This document shows positions 29,011 to 38,834 of a DNA stretch of 64,000 bases, piece by piece. Below the pieces are notes generated by a model that saw only the letters and a program-made list of their open reading frames with translations, ran no database searches and was not told where the DNA came from. The position numbers and the translations under genes were made by a program. This stretch comes from Bdellovibrionales bacterium (GTDB lineage: Bacteria; Bdellovibrionota; Bdellovibrionia; Bdellovibrionales; JAGQZY01). The first letter of the stretch is position 1. Every line of letters begins with the position of its first letter. The DNA lies in assembly GCA_965219545.1 (NCBI GenBank), contig CBDCNX010000023.1, positions 1 to 64,000 on the forward strand, read 5' to 3'.

Positions 29011-30105
29011 TCAAAGACCGACGGGTTCCGGTGTATAAAAAGGTTCATAATCAACAAGAAAATTTCCCCCTGTTTTTTCCAGGCGAATGTTTCTGGACAG
29101 ATGAATGCTGTTCTTGTCCATATCATAACTCCAACCATCAGGACCTTTGTGAATCAATTGACTTTTACCCTTATAACTGTAACGAACCTCCATGGTTTCC
29201 ACATTGGGTAAATCATCAAGGGGAATGGAAAGAACGGAGTCCACAAGATGATTGGCAAATCGAGCGAGATCCTTCCCGTAATCAAACTGACAGAAGTTGA
29301 AATAATAGCCACGCTCATTAAAGAGGTCTGTCATTTCGATAAAATTGGTGGGTGGCTCATCCTCCAGTTTGCAATCATACCGAAGCATTGGAAAAGTAAC
29401 AATCCCGGCGGCATAATGGAGTTTTGTTTCATCACCCTTTTTAAGATCCAACAAAAACCGGTAGGACTGATAAGGAGGAACATCACTCTGGTCAAAACTG
29501 TCTGTTATAACAAAAATGGCAAGATGGGCTTCGGGACGGTAGAAAGCGGAATTCTCCTCAAGTCTTTTTCCCGATAAAGCCAGAGCGGGAATATTAAAAA
29601 ACTCCTCCCGACAGAGGGACCCGATTCCAACCTTCATCATTTCACTCAGACAACCACCCCCCATGGGAGTGTTCCTGTCCACATAATTGGGATAAGGGTA
29701 TTTGTACTTTGTCGCCATATCTGTACATCTCATCAAACGACCTTCATAAGCTTTGGATTCGGAAACCAGGTCAACATCATCGTGCAGGTCCTCTCGTCTT
29801 GAACACCTCAATTCCGGTAATGAAGCGGTCACGGCAATATGATAATCAATGAGTTCCACATCCAGAAACTCATTGATAAACAGACTGGCATTTCTTGCCA
29901 AAAGTTCCTGAATAGGTCTCATGCTGTCTGAATTGTCAATAATAAACAGAATATCAACAGCCGGAGTGTAATTCACAACGGACTTTCTGACAATTTCACT
30001 TTCCAAACGAAGTTGTTTTTTGAAACCGGAATTTTCCCGGCAACCGGGGGAAAAACAAAAAAAAAAGACAACACACCAAAGACTATTTGTTTTATCAAAA
30101 ACCAT
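29011..30105 (-). CDS. VWA-domain lipoprotein, CglB-like adhesin family, paralog 1
   Basis: Signal/lipobox (...FSPGC); VDILFIIDNSDSMRPIQELLARNASLFINEFLDVELIDYHIAVT has the DxSxS MIDAS-like motif; conserved C-terminal block GPDGWSYDMDKNSIHLSRNIRL...VDYE; multiple Cys. Start taken at the internal Met (ORF extends to 30150). Confidence 0.6.
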   Translation of the reverse strand: MVFDKTNSLWCVVFFFCFSPGCRENSGFKKQLRLESEIVRKSVVNYTPAVDILFIIDNSDSMRPIQELLARNASLFINEFLDVELIDYHIAVTASLPELRCSRREDLHDDVDLVSESKAYEGRLMRCTDMATKYKYPYPNYVDRNTPMGGGCLSEMMKVGIGSLCREEFFNIPALALSGKRLEENSAFYRPEAHLAIFVITDSFDQSDVPPYQSYRFLLDLKKGDETKLHYAAGIVTFPMLRYDCKLEDEPPTNFIEMTDLFNERGYYFNFCQFDYGKDLARFANHLVDSVLSIPLDDLPNVETMEVRYSYKGKSQLIHKGPDGWSYDMDKNSIHLSRNIRLEKTGGNFLVDYEPFYTPEPVGL

Positions 30106-30188
30106 TTGTTTATATATTTGTTTATACAAAAGACCCACTCTTTCTTTCAATTTGTTGTCATACTAACCAATGACTCGTAATAAATATA

Positions 30189-31271
30189 TTAAAGCTCAGA
30201 GACATAAAGCCATTCATATTTAACATTAAATTCTCCCCCCACCCGGTCTAAATGAATATTCCTGGATAAACGAATAGCATTATTTTCCATATCATAGGTC
30301 CACCCATCAGGTCCCATTGGAATCACCTGACTTCCCCCTTTGTAATTATAACGAACCTCCAAAGTATCCAGATCAGGTAAATCATCAAGAGGGATCGTCG
30401 ATGCCGAATCAACCAGATGAGCGGCAAATTCAGAAAGACTTTTCCCATAATTAAACCGACAGAGATTAAACCAGTAACCACGGGGGCCGGAGAACTCCAC
30501 CATCTTCATAATTTTAGACGGGAAACGGGGCGGCTCTCTACTGCATTTATATCCCGGGACCTCAAAGGCGATAATCCCCGCAGCATAGTGAATTTTCCTT
30601 TCATCGCCTTTCTTAAGGTTTAATAAAAAATCATAGGCTCTGTACGGACTGGCACCACTGTGATCAAAGGCATCCGTTATAACAAAAACAGCCAAATGAG
30701 CCCAGGAACGGTAGAAAGAGGAATTTTCAGCTTTTGAAAAAACCAGGGATGGAATATCAATAAAGTGTTCCGAATCATCACCTGTAACTCCTACATCCAT
30801 CATTTCACTGAGACACTCCTCTACTCCGGGAGTGTTCCTGTCCACATAATTGGAGTAATTGTATTTTTTTTCTTCAGCCAGACCATCACACCTGACCAAT
30901 TGGCCTCCATAAGAAGTCTCATAAAGTTTTTTTTCGAGTTCCTCTTTATCCATATGACTCCCATCAGAATCTTTGGTTAACGAGGAATTGGTGACAGCAA
31001 TGTGATAATCAACAAATTCCACATCCAGAAACTCATCAATAAACAAACTGGCATTTTTTGCCAAAAGTTTCTGAATGGGTCTCATACTTCCTGTATTGTC
31101 AATAATAAACAGAATATCAACAGCCGGATTGTAATGACTTGTAGCAACTTTGTTGACAACCTTGGGGCCAAAACGGGATTTTTTTGGAATGGATTTCTGA
31201 CAACCTGTCAAATAAAAACAGTAAAGAAAAAGAACAACTATTCTGAGTTTTTTAAAAAAATCTTTTTTCAC
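30189..31271 (-). CDS. VWA-domain lipoprotein, CglB-like adhesin family, paralog 2
   Basis: MKKDFFKKLRIVVLFLYCFYLTGCQ lipoprotein signal; VDILFIIDNTGSMRPIQKLLAKNASLFIDEFLDVEFVDYHIAVT; C-terminal GPDGWTYDMENNAIRLSRNIHL. Confidence 0.6.
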   Translation of the reverse strand: MKKDFFKKLRIVVLFLYCFYLTGCQKSIPKKSRFGPKVVNKVATSHYNPAVDILFIIDNTGSMRPIQKLLAKNASLFIDEFLDVEFVDYHIAVTNSSLTKDSDGSHMDKEELEKKLYETSYGGQLVRCDGLAEEKKYNYSNYVDRNTPGVEECLSEMMDVGVTGDDSEHFIDIPSLVFSKAENSSFYRSWAHLAVFVITDAFDHSGASPYRAYDFLLNLKKGDERKIHYAAGIIAFEVPGYKCSREPPRFPSKIMKMVEFSGPRGYWFNLCRFNYGKSLSEFAAHLVDSASTIPLDDLPDLDTLEVRYNYKGGSQVIPMGPDGWTYDMENNAIRLSRNIHLDRVGGEFNVKYEWLYVSEL

Positions 31272-31324
31272 TGTTTCTCCACTTTTCCAGTCAATTACGA
31301 ACTTTTCACAAAGAACCTGATTGA

Positions 31325-32485
31325 TTAAAAGGCAATTCCCTGATCAGGCTCAAAAGTGTAAATGGATTTATATTTAACATTGAATTTTCCCCCTGCCTGG
31401 CTCAAATGAATATCCCTGGATAAACGAATGGCATTGTTTTCCATATCATAGGTCCAGCCCTCAGAACCCTTTGGAACCACCTGACTTCCCCCTTTGTAAT
31501 TATAACGAATCTCCAGAGTATTCATATCAGGTAAATCATCAAGAGGGATGGTCAATACCGAATCAACCAGACGAGCGGCAAATTCAGCGAGATGTTTTCC
31601 ATAATTAAACCGACAGAGATTAAACCAGTAACCACGGGGACCGGAGAACTCCACCATCTTCATAATTTTGTGAGGGAAATAACGGGAGTCAGGAACACTA
31701 TCTCCATCCCTAACACTCTCTCTATCTCTATCACATTCATATCCCAGAGCTTCAAAGGCGACAATCCCCGCAGCGTAGTGAATTTTTCTTTCATCGCCTC
31801 TTTTAAGATTTGATAAAAAATCATAGGCTCTGTACGAACTGACAGAACTGTGATCAGAGGCATCCGTTATAACAAAGATGGCCAAATGGGCCCCTGGGCG
31901 GTAAAAAGAGGAATTTTCACCCTGAATCATTTCCTTTGAAAAAACCAGGGGTGGAATATTAAGAAAATATTCGGAATCCTGACCTGTAATTCCAACATTT
32001 ATCATTTCACTGAGACACTTCTCTGCTTCAGGAGTGTTCCTGTCCACATAATTGGAATGATTGTATTTCATGTTTTCAGCCAGTTTATCACATCTTTTTA
32101 AACGACCTCCGTAAACAGACCTCTCAAGCTGTTCAAGTGCATCTTCATGTAAATAGCTCCCCTGAACTTTAGGAAAGTAGTCTCTTCTTAATGAAGAACT
32201 GGTGACAGCAATATGGTAATCAACAAATTCCACATCCAGAAACTCATCAATAAACAAACTGGCATTTTTTGCCAAAAGTTTCTGAACAGGTCTCATACTC
32301 GGTGAATTATCAATAATAAACAGAACATCCAAATCGGGATTGTAATGACTTGTAACAAACTCGTTGACAACCTTCTGTTCTAAACGGGGTTTTCTTTTCG
32401 GAATGGACTCCTGACAACCTGTCAAATAAAAACAGTAAAGAAAAAGAACAACTGTTCTGGGTTTTTTAAAAAAATCTTTTTTCAC
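31325..32485 (-). CDS. VWA-domain lipoprotein, CglB-like adhesin family, paralog 3
   Basis: 5' end nearly identical to paralog 2 (MKKDFFKKPRTVVLFLYCFYLTGCQ); LDVLFIIDNSPSMRPVQKLLAKNASLFIDEFLDVEFVDYHIAVT; extra acidic insert (DRDRESVRDGDSVPDSR). Confidence 0.6.
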   Translation of the reverse strand: MKKDFFKKPRTVVLFLYCFYLTGCQESIPKRKPRLEQKVVNEFVTSHYNPDLDVLFIIDNSPSMRPVQKLLAKNASLFIDEFLDVEFVDYHIAVTSSSLRRDYFPKVQGSYLHEDALEQLERSVYGGRLKRCDKLAENMKYNHSNYVDRNTPEAEKCLSEMINVGITGQDSEYFLNIPPLVFSKEMIQGENSSFYRPGAHLAIFVITDASDHSSVSSYRAYDFLSNLKRGDERKIHYAAGIVAFEALGYECDRDRESVRDGDSVPDSRYFPHKIMKMVEFSGPRGYWFNLCRFNYGKHLAEFAARLVDSVLTIPLDDLPDMNTLEIRYNYKGGSQVVPKGSEGWTYDMENNAIRLSRDIHLSQAGGKFNVKYKSIYTFEPDQGIAF

Positions 32486-32517
32486 TGTTTTTCAAACACT
32501 CCTGTCTTTCCAATCAA

Positions 32518-33594
32518 TTAAAAAGCAACTCTCTGATCAGATTCAAAGGTGTAAAAATGTTCATATTTAACATTGAATTTTCCCCCTGCCCGGCTCAAAT
32601 GAATATCCCTGGATAAATGAATAACATTGTTTTCCACATTGTAAGTCCAGCCCTCAGAACCCCTTGGAATCACCTGACTTCCCCCTTTGTACTTATAACG
32701 AACCTCTATGGTGTCCAGATCAGGCCAATAATCAAGGGAAATTGTCGATACTGAATCCACCAGGTGACTGGCAAATTCAGCAAGATTTTTCCCATAATTA
32801 AACTGACAGAGATTAAACAGATAACCACGGGGACCGAGAAGCTCCACCATTCCCATAAGTTTTGGAGGAAACCCATACCCTGGTTCTCTTTCGCAACGAT
32901 ATTGATGCAACTCAATGACAACAGAACCAAGAGCATAATGAAGCTTTTTTTCATCCCCTTTTTTAAGGGCTTTTAAAAAAGTATAGGACTCTTTAGGTGT
33001 AAACTCACTGTTATCATCCGAGTCTGTTATGGCAAAAACAGCCAAATGAGCCTCCGGGCGATAAAATTTTGAATTCTCTTTTCTATACTCCGACTGTAAA
33101 GACAAAGCCATATCAGGAATAACAAGAAACTGTTCTTCCAAATTGCCCCGAACCCCAACCTTCACCATCTCTTTAAAACATTCCACCGCTTCAGGAGTGT
33201 TTCTGTCCACATAATTGGGATAATTATAATTGTTTTTTTCTGCCAGTTTCTCACAGGAATGTAACTCTCCATTATAGGCGACACTATTGCTATTATAATC
33301 CTCCACTGACGAAGTGGTCACAGCAATACGGTAATCAACAAATTTCACACCCAGAAACTGATTAATAAACACTTCAGCATTTTTTGCCAGAAGATCCTGC
33401 TCAGTCTTCATACTGTCTGAGTCATCAATAATAAAAAGAATATCAACAGCCGAATTGTAATTGGTTGTGACAAACCTGTTAACCACCTGTTTTTTCTGAA
33501 GAGTGTATTTTTTCTTTGGAGAACCGGAAGGGCAACCCATTAGGGTAAGAAAACAGAAAAAGACAGCAAAGGCTTTTATACCTGCTTTATCCAT
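32518..33594 (-). CDS. VWA-domain lipoprotein, CglB-like adhesin family, paralog 4
   Basis: Lipobox FLTLMGC; VDILFIIDDSDSMKTEQDLLAKNAEVFINQFLGVKFVDYRIAVT; C-terminal GSEGWTYNVENNVIHLSRDIHL. Confidence 0.6.
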   Translation of the reverse strand: MDKAGIKAFAVFFCFLTLMGCPSGSPKKKYTLQKKQVVNRFVTTNYNSAVDILFIIDDSDSMKTEQDLLAKNAEVFINQFLGVKFVDYRIAVTTSSVEDYNSNSVAYNGELHSCEKLAEKNNYNYPNYVDRNTPEAVECFKEMVKVGVRGNLEEQFLVIPDMALSLQSEYRKENSKFYRPEAHLAVFAITDSDDNSEFTPKESYTFLKALKKGDEKKLHYALGSVVIELHQYRCEREPGYGFPPKLMGMVELLGPRGYLFNLCQFNYGKNLAEFASHLVDSVSTISLDYWPDLDTIEVRYKYKGGSQVIPRGSEGWTYNVENNVIHLSRDIHLSRAGGKFNVKYEHFYTFESDQRVAF

Positions 33595-33743
33595 TGTTTT
33601 CCTGAATCTTTTGTCCTGAAAAACCCATGTTAGTGGTTTGTCCTATAAATTTTTTCACATCTTCGACGCAGGAGTTTTTGACTCTATTCAATGCACAACG
33701 ACAAAGGACTGGCTGGAAGCCAATTCGATGAGGAGCAAGAGGT

Positions 33744-35333
33744 TCACAAGGTTCCTTTTGAACCGCAGCCTCTTTTAACACTGACCTGGTATCTGGACAA
33801 CTCATCATACCATCTTTCCCCTTTGTGAATAAAACTCACTGTGTGTTTCCCCCTGACTCCTGTTGTCCCCTTTTTAACCACAGTTTTTTTGGATTTTTCT
33901 CCGTTATCAGATCTTTTTTCCGCCAAAGAAATCTGTTGAATAAGTTCCGCTTCCACAATTTGCATCCTTTTAAGAGTTTTGGATATCTCCATAATTTCCC
34001 GGCCTGAAAGAGTTTTCACCCGCTCCAGAGCCTCAGAGTAACCCTTACGGTTACGGGCAATGATTTTATTTTTGAATTTCCCCATTTCAGTCTGAAAGCC
34101 TTTTGTCATAACTCCCTGATTCAGAAATTGGGAGTAAAGTTTTTCCGCCACTTCCGCTTCCCGCTCCAACTGATTCTGTCTCTGTAACAAAAAGTAAAGA
34201 CCTTCATCATGGGCAATATGACGTGGAAGTTTTCCGGCAAAAACACCAAGATCAAGATTACTGATTCGCCTTTCAGTCAATTGACTGAAAAGATTTTTAA
34301 CAGCCGGTGTTTCCGGTTGTTTTTTTAAATCCAAAAGCCCTTTGGCTTTAGCCCTAAAACGATTCTTGAATTCCCTGATGGTTTTTAAAACACCCTGATA
34401 GTCACATATTTTAAGGCTGGCAAGACTGGCAAGATAAAAGGCCCCCGGCCCCACATCCGGTCCAAAATCAGGATTTAAAAGAGTCTGTGTATAGGCTAAA
34501 GAATTCTGGGGATGACCCAGTCGCAATTCAGCCCACCCCATCTCCTCAAGAGCTTCAAACCAATAATCCGAACCTTTTTTCACTTTTTTATAATAACGGA
34601 TACTCTCTGTCAGATAAGCATTCTGATAAAGCATTCTGGCCGCTGTCAGATTCATCAGATCCATGGAAACGGGGTTGTTCTCAGTGATCCCCTGCAAATA
34701 TTTTAAAAGTTTTGCCGCCTTGATATCTTCATTGTTCATCAATAGAGTTGCTATATAACGCCACTGACCCCAGTGACGCTCCCAACTGCCGGAAGATGTT
34801 TTTCTCAGCAATTCTTCAAATTCAGTTAAAGTGTATTCCCTGTCGAACTGACGGACCATAATCCTGACTTTAGCTGGTAAACCAAAAATACTGACCCAAT
34901 CATCAGACCATTGAATATTGGTGACCGTCCATATTTTTAAATTAAGTTGCATAAGGGATTGCCAAAGACGAATAAGAAGGGAATCCATTTTTCCGGGATT
35001 TCCGGAGAATAAAATATCAAGACCCGCCAGAGGCAAACCATTTTTAAACAACAGATAACCATAGAGGGCCCGACCGTTATCACTTTCAGAAAATGAAGTT
35101 TTACCAAAAGCCTGAGGCCATTGATAAAAAGCCCTTTTCATTTTACCCTGACCCATGAGCCGAAAAAAATCCTCCTGATGTTTTGTTGGATGTTTTATCA
35201 GTTTCCTCAGAGCCTGGGTTCTTTTTGCAATATTCAGGTCTTTTGAAGTCTCTTTTGAATCCAGAATATTAAACAGGTCATCAGCAAAAACAGGCTGAAC
35301 AAACAAAAAGATTACAAAAAAATAACGGAACAT
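33744..35333 (-). CDS. secreted TPR-like/helical-repeat protein (GltC/GltE-like candidate)
   Basis: Signal peptide at the internal Met (MFRYFFVIFLFVQPVFA) directly after the stop of the beta-barrel gene; all-alpha repeat character; cluster context. Confidence 0.4.
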   Translation of the reverse strand: MFRYFFVIFLFVQPVFADDLFNILDSKETSKDLNIAKRTQALRKLIKHPTKHQEDFFRLMGQGKMKRAFYQWPQAFGKTSFSESDNGRALYGYLLFKNGLPLAGLDILFSGNPGKMDSLLIRLWQSLMQLNLKIWTVTNIQWSDDWVSIFGLPAKVRIMVRQFDREYTLTEFEELLRKTSSGSWERHWGQWRYIATLLMNNEDIKAAKLLKYLQGITENNPVSMDLMNLTAARMLYQNAYLTESIRYYKKVKKGSDYWFEALEEMGWAELRLGHPQNSLAYTQTLLNPDFGPDVGPGAFYLASLASLKICDYQGVLKTIREFKNRFRAKAKGLLDLKKQPETPAVKNLFSQLTERRISNLDLGVFAGKLPRHIAHDEGLYFLLQRQNQLEREAEVAEKLYSQFLNQGVMTKGFQTEMGKFKNKIIARNRKGYSEALERVKTLSGREIMEISKTLKRMQIVEAELIQQISLAEKRSDNGEKSKKTVVKKGTTGVRGKHTVSFIHKGERWYDELSRYQVSVKRGCGSKGTL

Positions 35334-35340
35334 ATCTTCC

Positions 35341-36018
35341 TTAAAATAAATATCCAAAATTAAAACTGGCCAAAGTGGTTTGCATTTCAACGGGACCCGT
35401 AAAACGCTGAGCCTTATAAAAACGTTGACGCACTTCCAGGCGGGCACTCAAATGTTGTGATATCCATAAACCAAGTCCTCCACCTATAATTAACAGGCCC
35501 GTTTCACCGGACGTTAAACCAATGCGTCCATAACCACCAATAAGGTACATATCAAAGTGAACAATCCCCATGTCAAACATATTGATTTTTCCATAAATGG
35601 GAGCAAAATTCCCAATCAGTTCATAACCGGAATCCGGTTGGTCCACATCGGGAACCAGTTCCTCGTTATGAATCAAAAAATAACCTTCCTGGCTGAGCTT
35701 GTTGTAAGCGTTAAAATAACTTAAACCGACAGACCAACGGGGATTAAAATGAAAATAATAATTGAAAAGGAGCATCTGGGTTTGAAGATAGACATCCCCG
35801 CCAATAATGTTCCCATAACCCAGAGAGATTTCACTGCGTTTGTTAAGATCCACAATTCGATCCTGTACAACCTTTATCCGCTTGTCCGGTTGTAACAGCC
35901 TGGCCCGATTAATAAGAACATCATTACCCCCCAGGGAATCAAAATCCTTCATGATCTCAGCGTGAATTAAAGGGGTAAAAAACATCAAAAAAACAAAAAT
36001 AATATTTCTCATAATCAC
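35341..36018 (-). CDS. outer-membrane beta-barrel protein (GltA/GltB/GltH-like candidate)
   Basis: 225 aa; signal peptide; alternating amphipathic strands with many G/Y; C-terminal ...FNFGYLF aromatic beta-signal. Confidence 0.45.
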   Translation of the reverse strand: MIMRNIIFVFLMFFTPLIHAEIMKDFDSLGGNDVLINRARLLQPDKRIKVVQDRIVDLNKRSEISLGYGNIIGGDVYLQTQMLLFNYYFHFNPRWSVGLSYFNAYNKLSQEGYFLIHNEELVPDVDQPDSGYELIGNFAPIYGKINMFDMGIVHFDMYLIGGYGRIGLTSGETGLLIIGGGLGLWISQHLSARLEVRQRFYKAQRFTGPVEMQTTLASFNFGYLF

Positions 36019-36029
36019 CGAAATCCTCC

Positions 36030-37481
36030 TTACTGTATCATGGGTTCTACTACTGTTCCAGTATCCACCGGTTCATTGGGAGTATGTACAGGAGGACCTA
36101 CTGAACCACCTGACTCACCACCTGCTGCCGAAGTCTCTGTTACACCCGAAGGATTATCTCCCCCTGGCTTGCCATCCGGCGAACCTGTCTTATAAGGTAA
36201 AGGCTGAAAGTTTACCCGACCCATACCCATGTCATCCAACTCTTTAGGACATACCGGAGTTTTCGCAGCATCATCATTGTCATCCACGACATGGACTCTG
36301 AAGCTTTCATCAACGCTGGTTTCATGGATCAATTCCCCATTTTCCCCCTCACCAAAAATCCGACCCGTTTTATGGACCTTCACTTCAAATTCCCCTGTCT
36401 CCCCGGGTTTCCATCGAAGGGTGCAACTGGACTGAGAATCATCCCTTTGTTGACAGGGGCAAGTGGATCCCTGTGGAGAAATACAACTGGCTGACACCTT
36501 TGATAACCTGGACCTGTCAATCACAAGAAATGTGTGACTGTTCCATCCTCCCTTGGAAAAATTGACAACAGCTTCACCAACAAATTCAGGCTCCGGGGCC
36601 TCTTTTAAAGAAACAAGGAACTGCTTTGGAAAAGTTGCCGAAGGAATCCCGTATATGGAATAGGCCACAAAACCCGCATCGTACCGGTTGTAAACATTCA
36701 TTATTGAAAGCTTTATTCCCTCCGGCAATGTCAGATTGGCCTCAAATTCCCATATATCCAGGCCATTCTCTGTTGTGTTGTCATAACAGTCACAATTTTT
36801 AAGAATTTCATGATCCTTAAAACCGTTAGTGGGATTCGTGGAATTAGTCACATTAATGTATTTGTTTGCCCCGTCACTACTATAAACCTGAAGACGGGGA
36901 GGCTGCTCAGTGCTTCCATGGACATAAACCTTAAATTCATGTCGTTCTCCGGGGGAGGCCCCTTCCGGAAAGCCGACAACTTTTAACACTTGAGGCAAAA
37001 CACCCCTGCCTACCAGTTTTGGAACGATCATAATATTGATCTTTGCAATGGACTCAAGAATAACCCCCTGATATTCCGCAAACAGAGAAATTTCCAAAAC
37101 CTGCAACTTGTAGCCGTTTGAACTGATATCCACGGTTTCCGCCGGAGGGGTTATGGAAATAATTCCCGCCTCCCTCTCATAAACAAGACCGGGAAAATCA
37201 TTAGCACTCTGAACAACAATCTCCTGAAACTTCACCTCGGGGTGACCAATAGTGTACTTAATGGGTATATTGAGAGTGTCTTCTTCCTGAACACTGTAAA
37301 CCGGCTCAAAATTCATAAAAATAACATCCTTGTCAGGAGGCGGAATTTTCTTCTTTCGTTCGTTAAAGGGAACGGCATTTTTCACGCTTTCACTTTCATC
37401 TTCAAAGGCATCCTTTTTCCAGCCATCAGAACAGGAGGACAGACCCAGTAGAAGAAGAAACAACAACAAACCCTTTCCCAT
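36030..37481 (-). CDS. secreted lipoprotein with predicted beta-sandwich (Ig-like) repeats and G/P-rich C-terminus
   Basis: Lipobox LGLSSCSDG; beta-rich; Cys pairs; C-terminal proline/glycine-rich tail. Start at the internal Met (ORF extends to 37526). Confidence 0.4.
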   Translation of the reverse strand: MGKGLLLFLLLLGLSSCSDGWKKDAFEDESESVKNAVPFNERKKKIPPPDKDVIFMNFEPVYSVQEEDTLNIPIKYTIGHPEVKFQEIVVQSANDFPGLVYEREAGIISITPPAETVDISSNGYKLQVLEISLFAEYQGVILESIAKINIMIVPKLVGRGVLPQVLKVVGFPEGASPGERHEFKVYVHGSTEQPPRLQVYSSDGANKYINVTNSTNPTNGFKDHEILKNCDCYDNTTENGLDIWEFEANLTLPEGIKLSIMNVYNRYDAGFVAYSIYGIPSATFPKQFLVSLKEAPEPEFVGEAVVNFSKGGWNSHTFLVIDRSRLSKVSASCISPQGSTCPCQQRDDSQSSCTLRWKPGETGEFEVKVHKTGRIFGEGENGELIHETSVDESFRVHVVDDNDDAAKTPVCPKELDDMGMGRVNFQPLPYKTGSPDGKPGGDNPSGVTETSAAGGESGGSVGPPVHTPNEPVDTGTVVEPMIQ

Positions 37482-37661
37482 AAAAACTCCTTTGAAAATA
37501 CAGACCGATTCCGTTTTGAATTTCATATTGATTTCCCCGGAAAATTCACGGAATTCAAAATGGAATGAATCCTACACAATGTTACCAATGAACCCCCCCA
37601 TGAAGTGAAACTCTAGTACAGAATTACTATATCTTTAAACACTTTTCAATCATCCCTTTTT

Positions 37662-38822
37662 TCATTTTTTTAATGAAGCACTCAGCCTTTTTAAATGAAA
37701 AGGGTAAGAAACTTTTACTTCCCGACTGTTTCTTGGAATTGGAAACTTCCAGGTACGCAATTTCCTTAACATACAATTCTCCACAAACTTATTATTAAGA
37801 GAGGTCTTCCTTATTTTGGCAATCGGTACACGACCGTTAGCGTCAATAATCCAGAAAATGGACACCCGACCGGAGAGAGACGCATTGAGTTGCAGGCCCT
37901 GTTCATAACAAAAACGAATTTGCCCAAGATTACGATGAACCACTTTGGCAATAAGACGGCTATCAAGACCACCACCGACAGAAGACTCATGAACTATGGG
38001 AGTCAGGGAGGCCCCTGAAGATCCCACCAGAGAAAGAGAACCAAAACCCGCTTTACCTCCTCCTTTGCCTTTGGTTCCATAACCTCCACCTCCTTTAATA
38101 TGACCTCCGGAACCAAGAGGGGCCGCCACCAAACCCTTTCCATAAAGACTGGTTTGAACACCGCCACTTCCCTGGTGACCGCCAAAACCGGGACCTTCTG
38201 TCACTTTGACAGCTCCCAGGTCCAAACCTCCCCGCTGCCGACCTTTTTTCAACTGTCCCAGGGCGGCCAACAAGGCCCCTCTCCTCTTTGAAGAAGCTGA
38301 CTTTAAACGGGACTGGGACTGTTCCTGTGAGGAGTTTTGACCGAGAACCAAAGTCTGACGGGAACTGGATCGGGGGAGGACCAGCTTTTTACGCACAATT
38401 TTAACAATTTCCTGCTTTTTTTCCTCTTTGATTTCTTTTGGAATTTCATCAGGAACCAAAACATGACTCAATAAAAACCCAATAAAAAGATAAGCAAAAA
38501 TTGAAAAAAGAATGGTCTTTCGGCCCCTGAAAGATTCAGAAATTGGTTTTCTTTGAATAACAGGGGAAATCTCCTCACTTTTAACAAGTTCGAGATGACC
38601 AAAATCCCCCACTTGCAAGGGCCTGTTTAAAAGTTGATCCCCCGAAGCCCGGGCCAGTATTTCAAAAGGTACTTTTTCTTTCCTCAAACGATCCAGGGAG
38701 ATCATAACTTCAAGTCTTTTTGTATCCTTACGGAACAGGACCCACAGGGTTTCAGGCTTCCGCCAGGGATAAACCCTGAGAACATTGCCTTTTTTGTTAT
38801 GTAAAACCAGATGTTTTATCAT
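37662..38822 (-). CDS. AgmX/PglI (GltG)-type protein with a TonB-C-like C-terminal domain
   Basis: Cytoplasmic N-domain, single TM (ILFSIFAYLFIGFLL), K/E-rich linker, Gly-rich segment, then VVHRNLGQIRFCYEQGLQLNASLSGRVSIFWIIDANGRV...FVENCMLRKLRTWKFPIPRNSREVKVSYPF. This closely matches the AgmX/PglI C-terminal domain. Confidence 0.7.
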   Translation of the reverse strand: MIKHLVLHNKKGNVLRVYPWRKPETLWVLFRKDTKRLEVMISLDRLRKEKVPFEILARASGDQLLNRPLQVGDFGHLELVKSEEISPVIQRKPISESFRGRKTILFSIFAYLFIGFLLSHVLVPDEIPKEIKEEKKQEIVKIVRKKLVLPRSSSRQTLVLGQNSSQEQSQSRLKSASSKRRGALLAALGQLKKGRQRGGLDLGAVKVTEGPGFGGHQGSGGVQTSLYGKGLVAAPLGSGGHIKGGGGYGTKGKGGGKAGFGSLSLVGSSGASLTPIVHESSVGGGLDSRLIAKVVHRNLGQIRFCYEQGLQLNASLSGRVSIFWIIDANGRVPIAKIRKTSLNNKFVENCMLRKLRTWKFPIPRNSREVKVSYPFHLKRLSASLKK

Positions 38823-38834
38823 AATAACAGGTTT

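Noticed and set aside
29011-33594. Periodic roughly 1.1 kb repetition that could superficially suggest a CRISPR-like or satellite array
   Set aside because: The period corresponds to whole paralogous protein-coding genes (358-386 aa) with signal peptides. There are no short direct repeats with unique spacers and no cas genes.
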